Origin: Spirochaetia bacterium
Lineage (GTDB): Bacteria > Spirochaetota > Spirochaetia > DSM-2461
Reading direction: 5' to 3'
Length of the DNA: 64,000 nt
Assembly: GCA_963668315.1 (NCBI GenBank)
Contig: OY764216.1
Span: 128,001 to 192,000 of the forward strand
Shown here: in pieces, positions 41,811 to 51,031 of the stretch
Layout: every line of letters starts with the position of its first letter
Numbering within the stretch: position 1 is the stretch's first letter
The notes under the pieces: model-generated
Told to the model about the DNA's origin: nothing
The model's database searches: none
What the model saw: the letters and a program-made list of their open reading frames with translations, nothing else
Made by a program: the position numbers and the translations under genes

Positions 41811-42881
41811 TCAGAGAACCCGCCTGTCCCACAGGTGAATGGGATGGAATTTCTCATGAAAGCTTTCGGGGACAAGAAACCTCAGCGCTTTGTGTTTGAC
41901 CTTGAGGCTGATTTCTCCATCCGTGCGGTATAGCTCTCCGTCGATATGGAAAAGCCGTTCTCCCCGGGAGGAAAAATGGGTTCCCCTGACCTTATAGTGC
42001 TCGATGAGGGGCAGGCCTTTCCTGGCGTACCTTTTATTGATATTCTGATGCATCCCGTTCCAGAGAGAGAACATATTCCTTAAGACAGCCGTCCGGCTGA
42101 TCAGATTATAAAGATAGACATCCATATAGCCGTCGTTGCATACCACATCGGGACAGATTTTATAATACCAGCCGTAATAGGGCCTGACCCCGATTTCGAT
42201 GAGGGGGGCCCCTGTCTCCAGAGTGTACTCCCTGAAGGGAAATTCCGCATTGGTCCGTGTCCCCCTGAAGGCAAACCTGCCCTCTTTCATGGTAAGAACC
42301 TGGGGGTCGGAAAGAAGCCGGGCTCCCCGGGAAACCGTTTGAACCGCCGGAACGATATAGGGGATGAAACCGGAACGGGGGGAATGATCCTGTCCCTGCC
42401 GCGTGATTCTGTTCCGCGCATCCAGGGCTTGCGCATCCAGTCCCGTTCCGAAGAGCTGCCCGTATCTGACCTTGCCGTTAAAGGAGATCTTCAAAAGATC
42501 TACCTTCTGGGTATACCCCTTTTCCATGCTGTCCAGGTAGGTCTTAACCTGGGCATTAAGCTTTTTGGGGACCTCATAGCTGTCTTGAATCCCGTTGCCG
42601 CTTCCGCCCCTGAGAAAACCGACGGCCAGCTGTCCCCTTCTCCGGGCGTCCGCCTTTTTCATCAGGCTGTTCAATGCCAGGTTGGCCGTGCCGTCCCCGC
42701 CCCAGATGAGAAGATAGGAGTCATCGCTTTTGATGAAATCGCCAATCAGGGCCTTGAAGTGGTCCTCGCTCCGGCTCTCAAAAACCGTTCCCCGGGGAAT
42801 ATACTTTATCAGCCCCTTCAGCTGCTTGGCATAGCGGGGATAGCGGGCGGGATTGATTATAAGCTGAAAGCGTTTTTTCAC
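41811..42881 (-). CDS. Diacylglycerol kinase family (YegS-like) lipid kinase
   Basis: LIINP, GGDGT, GGSGN, GTGLDA, DGYMDV, HIDGE; AAGGAG SD. Confidence 0.85.
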   Translation of the reverse strand: MKKRFQLIINPARYPRYAKQLKGLIKYIPRGTVFESRSEDHFKALIGDFIKSDDSYLLIWGGDGTANLALNSLMKKADARRRGQLAVGFLRGGSGNGIQDSYEVPKKLNAQVKTYLDSMEKGYTQKVDLLKISFNGKVRYGQLFGTGLDAQALDARNRITRQGQDHSPRSGFIPYIVPAVQTVSRGARLLSDPQVLTMKEGRFAFRGTRTNAEFPFREYTLETGAPLIEIGVRPYYGWYYKICPDVVCNDGYMDVYLYNLISRTAVLRNMFSLWNGMHQNINKRYARKGLPLIEHYKVRGTHFSSRGERLFHIDGELYRTDGEISLKVKHKALRFLVPESFHEKFHPIHLWDRRVL

Positions 42882-42953
42882 CGGGACTCCTTACCCATTA
42901 TGGTATGTCCGGAGGCGGGAGGATTCAACCCCTTTCCCCCGGTCCCCGCTCAT

Positions 42954-43748
42954 TTATTCCGGAGATAAGCCGAAAAGTCCCGCCGTTCTCTCCAGGGATG
43001 TCCAGATATCCCCCCCGGGCCTGTACTCGTGGCCCACGAACAGAGCGTAATCCGTTTCGTCGATGGCGGCGGTTATGGCCCGGTAGTTCAGTTCCTGGGT
43101 CAGGTCCATATCGCTCCTTCCCGGAACCCCGGCGGTATGAAAATGTCCGATATGGGATATCTGCCCTTTTATCGTTCTGATGATATCCCCTTCCATAATC
43201 TGCATATGATAGATATCGTAGAGCAGTTTCACCCGGGCGCTGTCCACCATGCGGCAGAGGGCCACCCCCTTCTCGGTCCGGTCGAACAAATACCCCGGAT
43301 GGTCGATACGGGAATTAAGGAGCTCCATATTCAGATTCACCCCCTCCCGTTCCGCCAGGGGGGCCATCTTCTCCATGATGCGGGCGCAGTTTTCCAGTCC
43401 CTGCCGGCCGCTCTCCTTTCCGCTGCTGTTTCCTGAAAGGCAGATAAGGCCGGCTATTCCGAACTCTCCCGCGACCCGGATCGATTCGGCCAGCTCCTTC
43501 TCTATGACAGGATGATTTTCCCGACCGGCCATTCCCCTGAGCGGATCGGTGCTGTGACCGCAGAATCCGGCGATCTCCAGACCCGCCGCCTTTGCCTGGG
43601 TAAAGGAGCGGCGAAAGTCTTCCAGATCCCCTCTTTCCCAGAACTCCACCGCGGAAAACCCCATTTGCCGGAGGCGCTTGAAGTCATCCTCTCCGATATC
43701 GGGAGAACCGAAAACCATGGGAATGCATACCGATTGTCTGACAGCCAT
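42954..43748 (-). CDS. Hydroxypyruvate isomerase family TIM-barrel protein
   Basis: ELLNSRIDHPGY, LLYDIYHMQIMEGD, HFHTAGVPGR, VGHEY. Confidence 0.87.
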   Translation of the reverse strand: MAVRQSVCIPMVFGSPDIGEDDFKRLRQMGFSAVEFWERGDLEDFRRSFTQAKAAGLEIAGFCGHSTDPLRGMAGRENHPVIEKELAESIRVAGEFGIAGLICLSGNSSGKESGRQGLENCARIMEKMAPLAEREGVNLNMELLNSRIDHPGYLFDRTEKGVALCRMVDSARVKLLYDIYHMQIMEGDIIRTIKGQISHIGHFHTAGVPGRSDMDLTQELNYRAITAAIDETDYALFVGHEYRPGGDIWTSLERTAGLFGLSPE

Positions 43749-43834
43749 AACTAACCTCCCGGCTCTTTCCCCAGGGGCGAAAAAATATAACCCTGAGCAA
43801 TTGACCCTCTGCTCCCATCATAATACCATAGGCC

Positions 43835-44758
43835 ATGGATAAAAAGCAGCCTTCCCCTTCATCGTCCCGTGAAACCGGACTTTTTTCGGCTTTCTCGGCC
43901 TATGTCATCTGGGGGATACTCCCGCTATACTGGAAAGGACTCACCGGCGTCCCCTCGGCGGAGCTTCTGGCCTGGCGTGTCACGGGATGCGCCGTTCTTG
44001 CCTGGGCCGTACTGATACTCCGGCGCCGCCCCCTGGCCCTGCTCCGCCCGACAGACGGGGAAGCGGCACATTCCGGTATGGTTATCCGTGTCCTCGCCGC
44101 CGCGATACTGATCGGCCTGAACTGGGGGGTCTACCTCTGGGCCGTGGAAACGGAAAAAATGGTGGAAGCCAGCCTGGGCTACTATATCAATCCTCTGGTC
44201 AATGTGTTTCTGGGAATGATCTTTTTCTCGGAAAAGCTGGGAAAAATCCGCTTCGCGGCCCTGATGCTGGCCTTTATCGGCGTAATGATTATGACAGTTC
44301 AGAGCGGCGTGGTGCCCTGGGTCAGCCTGGCCCTGGCGCTCACCTTCGGCCTTTACGCCCTGGTGACAAAGCAGTTTCCCTCCTCCGTGGACAGCATCGA
44401 AGCTCTGGGCTGGGAAATGGTTGTCCTGGGACCTCTCGGAGTCCTTTACCTTTTACGGGAAGGGATCAACGGGACCTGGCATATCGCCGGCTTCGGCCTG
44501 CAGATAACGGTTCTCCTCCTCTTTGCCGGAGCCATCACCCTGCTGCCCCTGTGGCTCTTCGGAAGGGGGGCGAAAAAACTGCCCCTGGGCGTTCTGGGAT
44601 TTCTCCAGTATATCGCCCCGACCATGATGCTCCTTCTGGGCGTGGCGGCATTCGGGGAACCCTTCGGCTGGGGAAAGGCGGCGGCATTTTTCTTCATCCT
44701 CGTCGCCCTGGGACTCTACTCCTCCACTTTCAAAAAAAAGCAGGACGGCAGCACCTGA
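43835..44758 (+). CDS. rarD: EamA family transporter RarD
   Basis: YVIWGILPLYWK, NWGVYLWAV, EASLGYYINPLV, GFLQYIAP. Confidence 0.9.
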   Translation: MDKKQPSPSSSRETGLFSAFSAYVIWGILPLYWKGLTGVPSAELLAWRVTGCAVLAWAVLILRRRPLALLRPTDGEAAHSGMVIRVLAAAILIGLNWGVYLWAVETEKMVEASLGYYINPLVNVFLGMIFFSEKLGKIRFAALMLAFIGVMIMTVQSGVVPWVSLALALTFGLYALVTKQFPSSVDSIEALGWEMVVLGPLGVLYLLREGINGTWHIAGFGLQITVLLLFAGAITLLPLWLFGRGAKKLPLGVLGFLQYIAPTMMLLLGVAAFGEPFGWGKAAAFFFILVALGLYSSTFKKKQDGST

Positions 44759-44786
44759 CGATGAAAAAAGACGAAGCCCTTCGCCC

Positions 44787-45620
44787 TTAATCCCTTACAA
44801 TCACCGCTTTCTCTTTCAGCCCCGACAGCACTTCGCTGACAAGCCTGTCCCGTTCTCTCCCCTCGAGCATTTTCACGATATCCCCTTTGATCTTCTCAAA
44901 TTCCAGGGGCAGGGAGGGAATCTTCTCATGAACAAGAACAATGTGATAGCCGAAGGGCGTCTGGAAAATATCACTGACCTCACCGGGTTTGAGGGCAAAA
45001 GCCACATTCTCAAACTTCTCCACCATCTTTCCCCGGGGAAAGGTTCCCAGGTCTCCCCCCTGGCCGTTGGAATCGGAGTATTTCTCGGCCGCCCGCTCAA
45101 AGGGCATCCCCTTCGCCAGGTCCTTCTGAGCTTCCAGAATCTCCTGAAGAGCCTTGTTGGGATCAACTCCGTCACCGAACGTGTGACGCACGATATGGGA
45201 GCAGTGAATCTGTTCGGGAACGATAAACTTCTCCCGGTTCTCGTCAAATTCCCTTCTCACCTCTTCCTCCGAAACAGAGATTCCTTCAAAGAGCCGGGAA
45301 AAATAGACCTCCTGCCGTATCTGCCCTTCGATATCGCTCCAGATAACGGCTTTCTGCTCCTCGTTGGGCTTGCGGTCTTCGGGATAGCGGGACAGGACAT
45401 CGCTAAAGGCTTTATCCACCTGTTTCACGCTGACCTGGGGAACCTCTTCTTCCGCTTTCAGCCAGAATAAAAACTGATCGATCACATTTCTCTCGGTAAT
45501 ATCCCTCAGTTCCTCTTCGCCGATCCTAACCGGTTCGGGACTGTCGGCCTGAAGCCGGGAAAGCCTGTCATACTCACGATGAAACATATAATGGGGCACG
45601 GCCCTGTCGTTAATTGTCAT
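44787..45620 (-). CDS. Parvulin (PpiC-type) peptidyl-prolyl isomerase with SurA/PrsA-like helical N-domain, no signal peptide
   Basis: CSHI, FERAAEKYSD, GGDLGTF.RGKMV..FE..AF.L..GEVS..FQTPFGYHI; start at 45620 or 45632. Confidence 0.88.
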   Translation of the reverse strand: MTINDRAVPHYMFHREYDRLSRLQADSPEPVRIGEEELRDITERNVIDQFLFWLKAEEEVPQVSVKQVDKAFSDVLSRYPEDRKPNEEQKAVIWSDIEGQIRQEVYFSRLFEGISVSEEEVRREFDENREKFIVPEQIHCSHIVRHTFGDGVDPNKALQEILEAQKDLAKGMPFERAAEKYSDSNGQGGDLGTFPRGKMVEKFENVAFALKPGEVSDIFQTPFGYHIVLVHEKIPSLPLEFEKIKGDIVKMLEGRERDRLVSEVLSGLKEKAVIVRD

Positions 45621-45659
45621 ACAGACAAGCATACACCATCAAAGGATTTGGGGAAACCC

Positions 45660-45760
45660 GGGGGCCTGCCCCGGGCCGGGCTATCCGGGGCTCCGGCCTC
45701 CCGGGCGGCTCGCCGCTCCGCGCCTGGGAGTCAGCCCTTCGGGCTCCCCTCCTATCCCTT
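45660..45760 (+). ncRNA. Flavo-1-like structured RNA / REP-like element
   Basis: GC-rich multi-hairpin intergenic sequence with GGGCCGGGCTATCCG near the 5' end, a GCCC-TTCG-GGC hairpin and CTATCCCT at the 3' end, resembling the Flavo-1 motif as recalled; not covariance-tested. Confidence 0.5.
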
Positions 45761-45802
45761 TTCCGTACGCAGAGAAGAGATAGGACCGGATAGTTCTATA
45801 AA

Positions 45803-46576
45803 CTACGCGCTCTGTTTTTCTTCCAGCGAAAGGGCCGCCAGATAGAACCGGTACAGCTCCATGATATACCAGGCGTAGTAAATACCCAGGGTGATGGTGG
45901 AAAGGATGATCCCCTTCAGCATAATGCTGAACAGCCGGCCTCCCTGAGCTTCAAAACGAAAGACTTCGCCGCTGCCGTATGTGACATGGCCGGCCATATA
46001 GGCATAGATTTTCACCATGGCCCAGGGAGTGTAAATTCCCAGGGTAAGGCAGCTGAGCAGCAGCTGAATGAAAAGAACGGAGAAAAAGGAGGCCCCGTCG
46101 GCGGTAAATCCGAAGGACTGGCTGTCAAAGGAAATCTCCCCCAGGAGATAGGCGTAGATCTTGACCAGAGCCCAGGGCAGATAGATGCCCAGGGTGATCA
46201 TGCTCAAGAGTCCCTGGATCAGGATCAGGCTGAAGAACCTTCCCCCCGCTGCGGTGAATTCAAAGTTTTTATTATCATAGCTGGTATGCTCGAGCATGTA
46301 GTTATAGATCTTAATGACCGCCCAGGCATAGTAAATTCCCAGAGTGATAACGCAGAGGAGCCCCTGGACAAGCATGAGACTGAACAGAGGACCGCCCTCT
46401 CCGTCGAAATCGAAGGGTTTTCCGTCCAGGGTCAGATGGGATGTCAGATATTTCTGAATCTTGACGATAGCCCAGGGGCCGTAGATTCCCAGTGTAATCA
46501 AAGTCAGCAATCCCTGAACCAGGATCAAACAGAAATACTCTCCCCCTTTCCCGTTAAAAGCGAAATCTCTTTTCAT
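45803..46576 (-). CDS. DUF898/YjgN-like inner-membrane repeat protein (five ~50-aa repeats)
   Basis: Five F.F...GG..F.L.L.QGLL..ITLGIY..WA.VKI units; GGAGG SD before ATG 46576. Confidence 0.82.
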   Translation of the reverse strand: MKRDFAFNGKGGEYFCLILVQGLLTLITLGIYGPWAIVKIQKYLTSHLTLDGKPFDFDGEGGPLFSLMLVQGLLCVITLGIYYAWAVIKIYNYMLEHTSYDNKNFEFTAAGGRFFSLILIQGLLSMITLGIYLPWALVKIYAYLLGEISFDSQSFGFTADGASFFSVLFIQLLLSCLTLGIYTPWAMVKIYAYMAGHVTYGSGEVFRFEAQGGRLFSIMLKGIILSTITLGIYYAWYIMELYRFYLAALSLEEKQSA

Positions 46577-46597
46577 ATTATCCTCCAAAGATATTTA

Positions 46598-46894
46598 TCA
46601 TCCGGCCTGCACAGCCGATTGTGACGAGAAAACAGCCGCCCTGCGTATGAAAAAACCGCAGATTGTCGGCTCTTTTGGCAAAGAATCAAGGACATAGCCT
46701 TTATCCAGGAGGCTCAGAAGTCTCCGGTATCTCTTTTCGCGGTTTTTTCCATCGAGAATCAGCATGGCGGTGATACAGAGAGCCTGCCAGGCGGGAAGGA
46801 AAATCCAGAAAGAGCAGCGGACGGCGCATCCTGTGAGGAATACCGTCATCAGAAGGGAAAGTAATACCGGGAAATGAACCAATAACTTTGACAT
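46598..46894 (-). CDS. Small hypothetical membrane protein
   Basis: 98-aa ORF with two hydrophobic segments, co-directional and close to the repeat-protein gene. Confidence 0.55.
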   Translation of the reverse strand: MSKLLVHFPVLLSLLMTVFLTGCAVRCSFWIFLPAWQALCITAMLILDGKNREKRYRRLLSLLDKGYVLDSLPKEPTICGFFIRRAAVFSSQSAVQAG

Positions 46895-46941
46895 TTAAGT
46901 ATATTTTAAGGGAGGAATGTTCACTTTTCAAGAAAATGGAT

Positions 46942-46972
46942 AAAAAAAAGCCGTCCGCGGAAACGGACGGCT
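46942..46972 (-). terminator. Intrinsic terminator after the gatZ-like gene
   Basis: Minus strand AGCCGTCCG-TTTCCG-CGGACGGCT followed by a T-run. Confidence 0.8.
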
Positions 46973-46989
46973 CTGCTGCAGAGATACCC

Positions 46990-48306
46990 CTATCTCCCCG
47001 AAAGCCCGCAGGCACGGGCGTAAATTCCCACCACGTCGCGTATACGGCTGATGATCAGCTCCTGCGCGACGGGGGCGATTTTACCCTCCTGAACGGCATT
47101 ATACTGATTGGGCATATACTGGCTCAAGATGGAGAGGGGGATGCCCGTCTCATCCAGATTTTTCTTCAGAACCTCGATGGAGGCGGTCAGTTCGTCCTTG
47201 GGCCAGTAGTACCGGCTCCTGTCGCTGAAGCTGTATTTCCTCTTGAACAGCTGGGCCGCCTCATCTCCGGGATAGTATTTTTTCCAATATTTCGGATCGG
47301 CCGTCATAACCTTTTCCAGGGTATCCCGCAGGCAGGAGAGGGGCTTCCCCGACCCTTTCAGCAGTTCCTTCTCCATCTCTTCCAGAGAGAAGAGGGCTTC
47401 TCTGAAGGCAAAGGTGACCCAGGGGCCCACTTTCAGGATGCAGTAGTGATCCTCCACAAGACGGGTAAGTCCCGTCTCGCTCTGATAATCGGTGGAATGG
47501 GCTTCGTAGATGAAGTTCCCCGTCTTTTCGATCATGCCGCTCAAACCGGCGGCGGCGTCCCGGTTGTAGTGGAAGACCTGATCGTCCCCGAACTCCACGC
47601 CGGGCTGAACGACCACGCCCACAACCCTTTTCCAGGCGTCTTCAAGAGAACGGGCGGTAAAGGCGGCTTTGGTTACCTCTATGGTCCTGGACGCGTCTTC
47701 GGGGCTGGTGGGGACAACGGTGTCCTCCTCTTCCTGGGCTCCGCCGGGAATGGGCACTTCAGTTCCGATGATATACACCAGCTCGCAGGGGCCGGTCCGG
47801 TTTTCCCGCCAGCTTTTCTCCGCCGTCTCGCACAGTTCGGCCGCCCGGGCCGAAACGATCTCGTCGGCCAGAGGCTTATGCCTGTCCCCTTCGTCGTCGG
47901 CGCAGAACATGCTGGCGTCCAGGTGGATTTTCTCGTATCCCGCTTTCACATAGTCGTAGACCAGGGTCCGGGCGTTTTCCATTGCCTCGGCCGCGGGCTT
48001 GCCCTGCCAGGCGTTCGGCCCCAGGTGGTCCCCCCCCAGCATCAGCTTATCCCCGGGGAAACCGCACTCCCCGGCGATCTCCTTCACATAGGCGACGAAC
48101 TGCTCCGGGGTTTTGCCCGTATAGCCGCCGAACTGGTCCACCTGGTTGCTGGTGGACTCCAGAAGCAGGAGGGAGCCGTCTTCCTTCGCCTGGGCCATGC
48201 TGGCCCTTATCACATCGGGATGGGCGGAACAGATGGAATAGATCCCCCTTGCCCTGCCTTCCCGGTTATCCTTCATCAGCTGCAGAAATTCCTGTACCGC
48301 TCCCAT
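46990..48306 (-). CDS. gatZ: GatZ/KbaZ family protein (probable tagatose-6-phosphate 4-epimerase)
   Basis: IYSICSAHP, ESTSNQVDQFGGYTG, LGGDHLGPN, KIHLDASM, GTEVPIPGGA, VVQPGVEF, EAHSTDYQ, SDRSRYYW. Confidence 0.93.
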   Translation of the reverse strand: MGAVQEFLQLMKDNREGRARGIYSICSAHPDVIRASMAQAKEDGSLLLLESTSNQVDQFGGYTGKTPEQFVAYVKEIAGECGFPGDKLMLGGDHLGPNAWQGKPAAEAMENARTLVYDYVKAGYEKIHLDASMFCADDEGDRHKPLADEIVSARAAELCETAEKSWRENRTGPCELVYIIGTEVPIPGGAQEEEDTVVPTSPEDASRTIEVTKAAFTARSLEDAWKRVVGVVVQPGVEFGDDQVFHYNRDAAAGLSGMIEKTGNFIYEAHSTDYQSETGLTRLVEDHYCILKVGPWVTFAFREALFSLEEMEKELLKGSGKPLSCLRDTLEKVMTADPKYWKKYYPGDEAAQLFKRKYSFSDRSRYYWPKDELTASIEVLKKNLDETGIPLSILSQYMPNQYNAVQEGKIAPVAQELIISRIRDVVGIYARACGLSGR

Positions 48307-49367
48307 CAGTTCTCCTCCCCGTTGCAGACAAACAGAATCTTTCCTTTCACCTTCCCCCTCACCTGAAGGTCGTCCACCGCCGTTTTGGCTTCGGCAAGGG
48401 GAACCTTCCTGTCAATCAGGACATCGGTGCGGATTTTTCCCGCCTTGAAAAGCTCCACCGCCTGGGTCCACTCCCAGCCGGGGTAGGGGGCGGAATAGTT
48501 CATCCAGCTGCCCGTCACATGAAGCTCTTTTCTGTTGATCCATTCGAACTCTTTCGGTTCCAGGGTCAAAGGGACATGGGGGGTGCCCACAAACATGACC
48601 GTTCCCTTCCGGGCGGCCAGTTCCAGGCACAGTTTCTCCGTGACGGGGACACCGCCCGTTTCCATGCAGACTTCGTAGCCTTCCCCTCCGGTAAAGGCCA
48701 GGGCTTTCTCCTTGAATCCTTCCTCCAGGGTATTCAGAGCCAGATCGGCCCCCATCTCCCGGGCGGCAGCCAGCCTTTCCTCATCAATATCGAAGACGGC
48801 GGTTTTACCGGCACCCAGGGCTTTCGCCGCCTGGAGGGCCAGAAGTCCGATCGTTCCCATTCCGGTTATGGCCGTGACGGCGCCGCCCCGGTATTTCAGG
48901 AGATTAAAGGCATGCAGGGAGACCGTCAGAGGTTCAAAAAAGGCGCCTTCCTGCAGGGAAACACCCTCGGGCAGGGGAAAGGCATTGGCCTCGGGCATGC
49001 AGACGTACTGGGCGAATCCGCCGGGCTCCCGGGAACCGATGAAACTGTATTTCCTGCTCAGGGAGTAGTTGCCCTGAGCGCTCTGGCTGTCGGACATATC
49101 GGGAATCAGGGGGGCGCAGGAGATCTTCTCGCCGATCCGGCTCTCATTCACCCCTTCGCCTACGCCTTCCACCACCCCGGAGAACTCATGGCCCAGAACG
49201 ATGGGATAGAAATGGGCGCCCCCGTGTATCAGTCGGGGGATATCGGAACCGCATACTCCCGAATAGGCTATTTTTACCAGCACCTCCCCCTTTTTGGGGT
49301 CGGGCTTGGGAAAATTCTCATAACGGATATCTCCGTCTCCATACAATACGGCTGCTTTCATCATCAT
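48306..49367 (-). CDS. gatD: Zn-dependent sugar-alcohol(-phosphate) dehydrogenase, galactitol-1-phosphate 5-dehydrogenase-like
   Basis: GVCGSD, LGHEFSG, GMGTIG, TGSWMNYSAP; coupled to gatZ. Confidence 0.8.
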   Translation of the reverse strand: MMMKAAVLYGDGDIRYENFPKPDPKKGEVLVKIAYSGVCGSDIPRLIHGGAHFYPIVLGHEFSGVVEGVGEGVNESRIGEKISCAPLIPDMSDSQSAQGNYSLSRKYSFIGSREPGGFAQYVCMPEANAFPLPEGVSLQEGAFFEPLTVSLHAFNLLKYRGGAVTAITGMGTIGLLALQAAKALGAGKTAVFDIDEERLAAAREMGADLALNTLEEGFKEKALAFTGGEGYEVCMETGGVPVTEKLCLELAARKGTVMFVGTPHVPLTLEPKEFEWINRKELHVTGSWMNYSAPYPGWEWTQAVELFKAGKIRTDVLIDRKVPLAEAKTAVDDLQVRGKVKGKILFVCNGEEN

Positions 49368-49391
49368 TGCTTCCTTATCAGCGCGCGGCTG

Positions 49392-50894
49392 TTAGATTTC
49401 ATCGTATTTTCCGGCGATTCGGCTCAGCTCTCCGTAGGTGCTGTCCAAACTGTCATATAGTCCGGCGAATACCCGGAACATCTCTTCGTAATACTCTTTC
49501 CTGTTCTCATTGGGAACAAAGCCGCTCCCCCGGGGGCGCAGGGCCAGGGCCTCTTCGGGGGAAGCGAACAGGCCCGCTCCCAATCCGGCGATAATGGCCG
49601 TGCCCAGAGGCGCCGCGTCTTCCAGGCCGGTGGGGAATATCTCCTTCCCGGTGATATCGGCGAAGAACTGGTTCCACTGATCGTTCCGGGCGCATCCTCC
49701 GGTCAGGGATACGGCGGCTATCGGCTCCTCGGTCTCCTCTTCGATCATCCCGAAGATCCGGCGGCAGCCGAAAGCGGTGCTCTCCATAATGGACCGGACG
49801 ATTTCGGCGCGGCCCATTTCGGGGGACAGGCCGAAGAAGCAGCCCCGTGTGTCGTTGTTCCAGAGGGGCGCCCTCTGGCCGATCATATAGGGAAGGAAAA
49901 GAAGGGGAACCGAACGGCCCTCCGTTTCCAGAGCCAGTCTGTCCAGCTCGTCATAGGGGACTCCCAGGATATCCCGGAACCAGCGCAGCCCGGAGCCTCC
50001 GAAGTCCACCCCTCCGTTGATGAGCCACCGGCCCCTGATGCCGTGATGGTAAAGGAGCAGATCGCCCCGTTTCATGGGTCGGTCGATGGAGGTGCCCACA
50101 TTGGTGGCTGTTCCCGCAGAGATATAGGTCTCCCCCACGCCGATAACGCCCAGCCCCAGGACGGCGGCGGGATTATCCATGGAACCGGCCACCACGGGAA
50201 TCCCCGGGACAAGACCGGTTTCTTCGGCGGCTTTTTCTGTAAGCCGGCCCACAATATCGGAACATTCAAAGACGGGGGGGAATTTCTCCCGGTCCAGCCC
50301 GGCGGCCGCCAGAAGCTCATCGGACCAGGTTCCGTCGGCCGCATCGCAGAGATTGGAAAGGCCGCACTGGGTGATATCCATGGAGAAGACACCGGTCAGG
50401 CGGTGTACAAGATATCCGTTGGCATGGAGAAAAGAGAAGGTTTTATCGTAGATTTCCGGTTCTTCATCGCGAATCCACATGGCCTTGGCGGCAAAGAAGG
50501 AGGGATCCGCCCTGTTGCCGCCCAGAGTAATCAGCTTATCCCCTGCTTTTTCCCGGAGGCGGGCGCACTGCCTGTCCCCCCGGCGGTCAAGCCAGATCAT
50601 GGCGGGCCTGAGGGGTATGCCTTCCCGGTCGACGGCGACAAGGGTCGTACTCATGGCATCGATACCGATGGCGGCGATATCCTGCGGTTCAATTCCGCTT
50701 CGTTCAAGCAGAACACGGCAGCCGGCGGCCAGTGCCTCCCACCAGTCTTCCGCCCGGTGTTCCGCCCGGTCCCTGCCCGGATAGCTTGTCGCATATTCCC
50801 GCTTTTCTCCGTCGATAAGATTCAACTCTTCATCATATAAAGCGGCTTTCGTACTGGAGGTTCCCACGTCAACGGCCAGAATATATTTTTTCAT
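49392..50894 (-). CDS. FGGY-family carbohydrate kinase
   Basis: AVDVGTSSTKA, RPAMIWLDRR, FLPYMIGQRAP, TGGCA. Confidence 0.9.
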   Translation of the reverse strand: MKKYILAVDVGTSSTKAALYDEELNLIDGEKREYATSYPGRDRAEHRAEDWWEALAAGCRVLLERSGIEPQDIAAIGIDAMSTTLVAVDREGIPLRPAMIWLDRRGDRQCARLREKAGDKLITLGGNRADPSFFAAKAMWIRDEEPEIYDKTFSFLHANGYLVHRLTGVFSMDITQCGLSNLCDAADGTWSDELLAAAGLDREKFPPVFECSDIVGRLTEKAAEETGLVPGIPVVAGSMDNPAAVLGLGVIGVGETYISAGTATNVGTSIDRPMKRGDLLLYHHGIRGRWLINGGVDFGGSGLRWFRDILGVPYDELDRLALETEGRSVPLLFLPYMIGQRAPLWNNDTRGCFFGLSPEMGRAEIVRSIMESTAFGCRRIFGMIEEETEEPIAAVSLTGGCARNDQWNQFFADITGKEIFPTGLEDAAPLGTAIIAGLGAGLFASPEEALALRPRGSGFVPNENRKEYYEEMFRVFAGLYDSLDSTYGELSRIAGKYDEI

Positions 50895-50914
50895 AACTTC
50901 CCTTATCGTTCTAG

Positions 50915-50960
50915 TGTTCTAGCACACCAAAAGATTACCATAGGCCCATTCACCTGTCAA
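50915..50960 (-). promoter_or_regulatory. Sigma70 promoter plus palindromic operator of the kinase-gatD-gatZ operon
   Basis: Minus strand TTGACA-17-TAATCT (50960-50932), followed by the near-palindrome TGTGCTAGAACA (50926-50915). Confidence 0.62.
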
Positions 50961-51031
50961 TAGCGGGTCCTTCAAGAAAAAAGGGTGAGGGATTTGTATT
51001 TTGCCTGCCAATAACTTAAAATTTACACGAT

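Noticed and set aside
45803..46576. Periodic sequence considered as a CRISPR array
   Set aside because: Repeats are degenerate, in-frame and protein-coding with a 150-bp period; no cas genes.
46888..49460. Two 492-aa plus-strand ORFs opposite gatZ/gatD
   Set aside because: Shadow ORFs of GC-rich, well-supported minus-strand genes.
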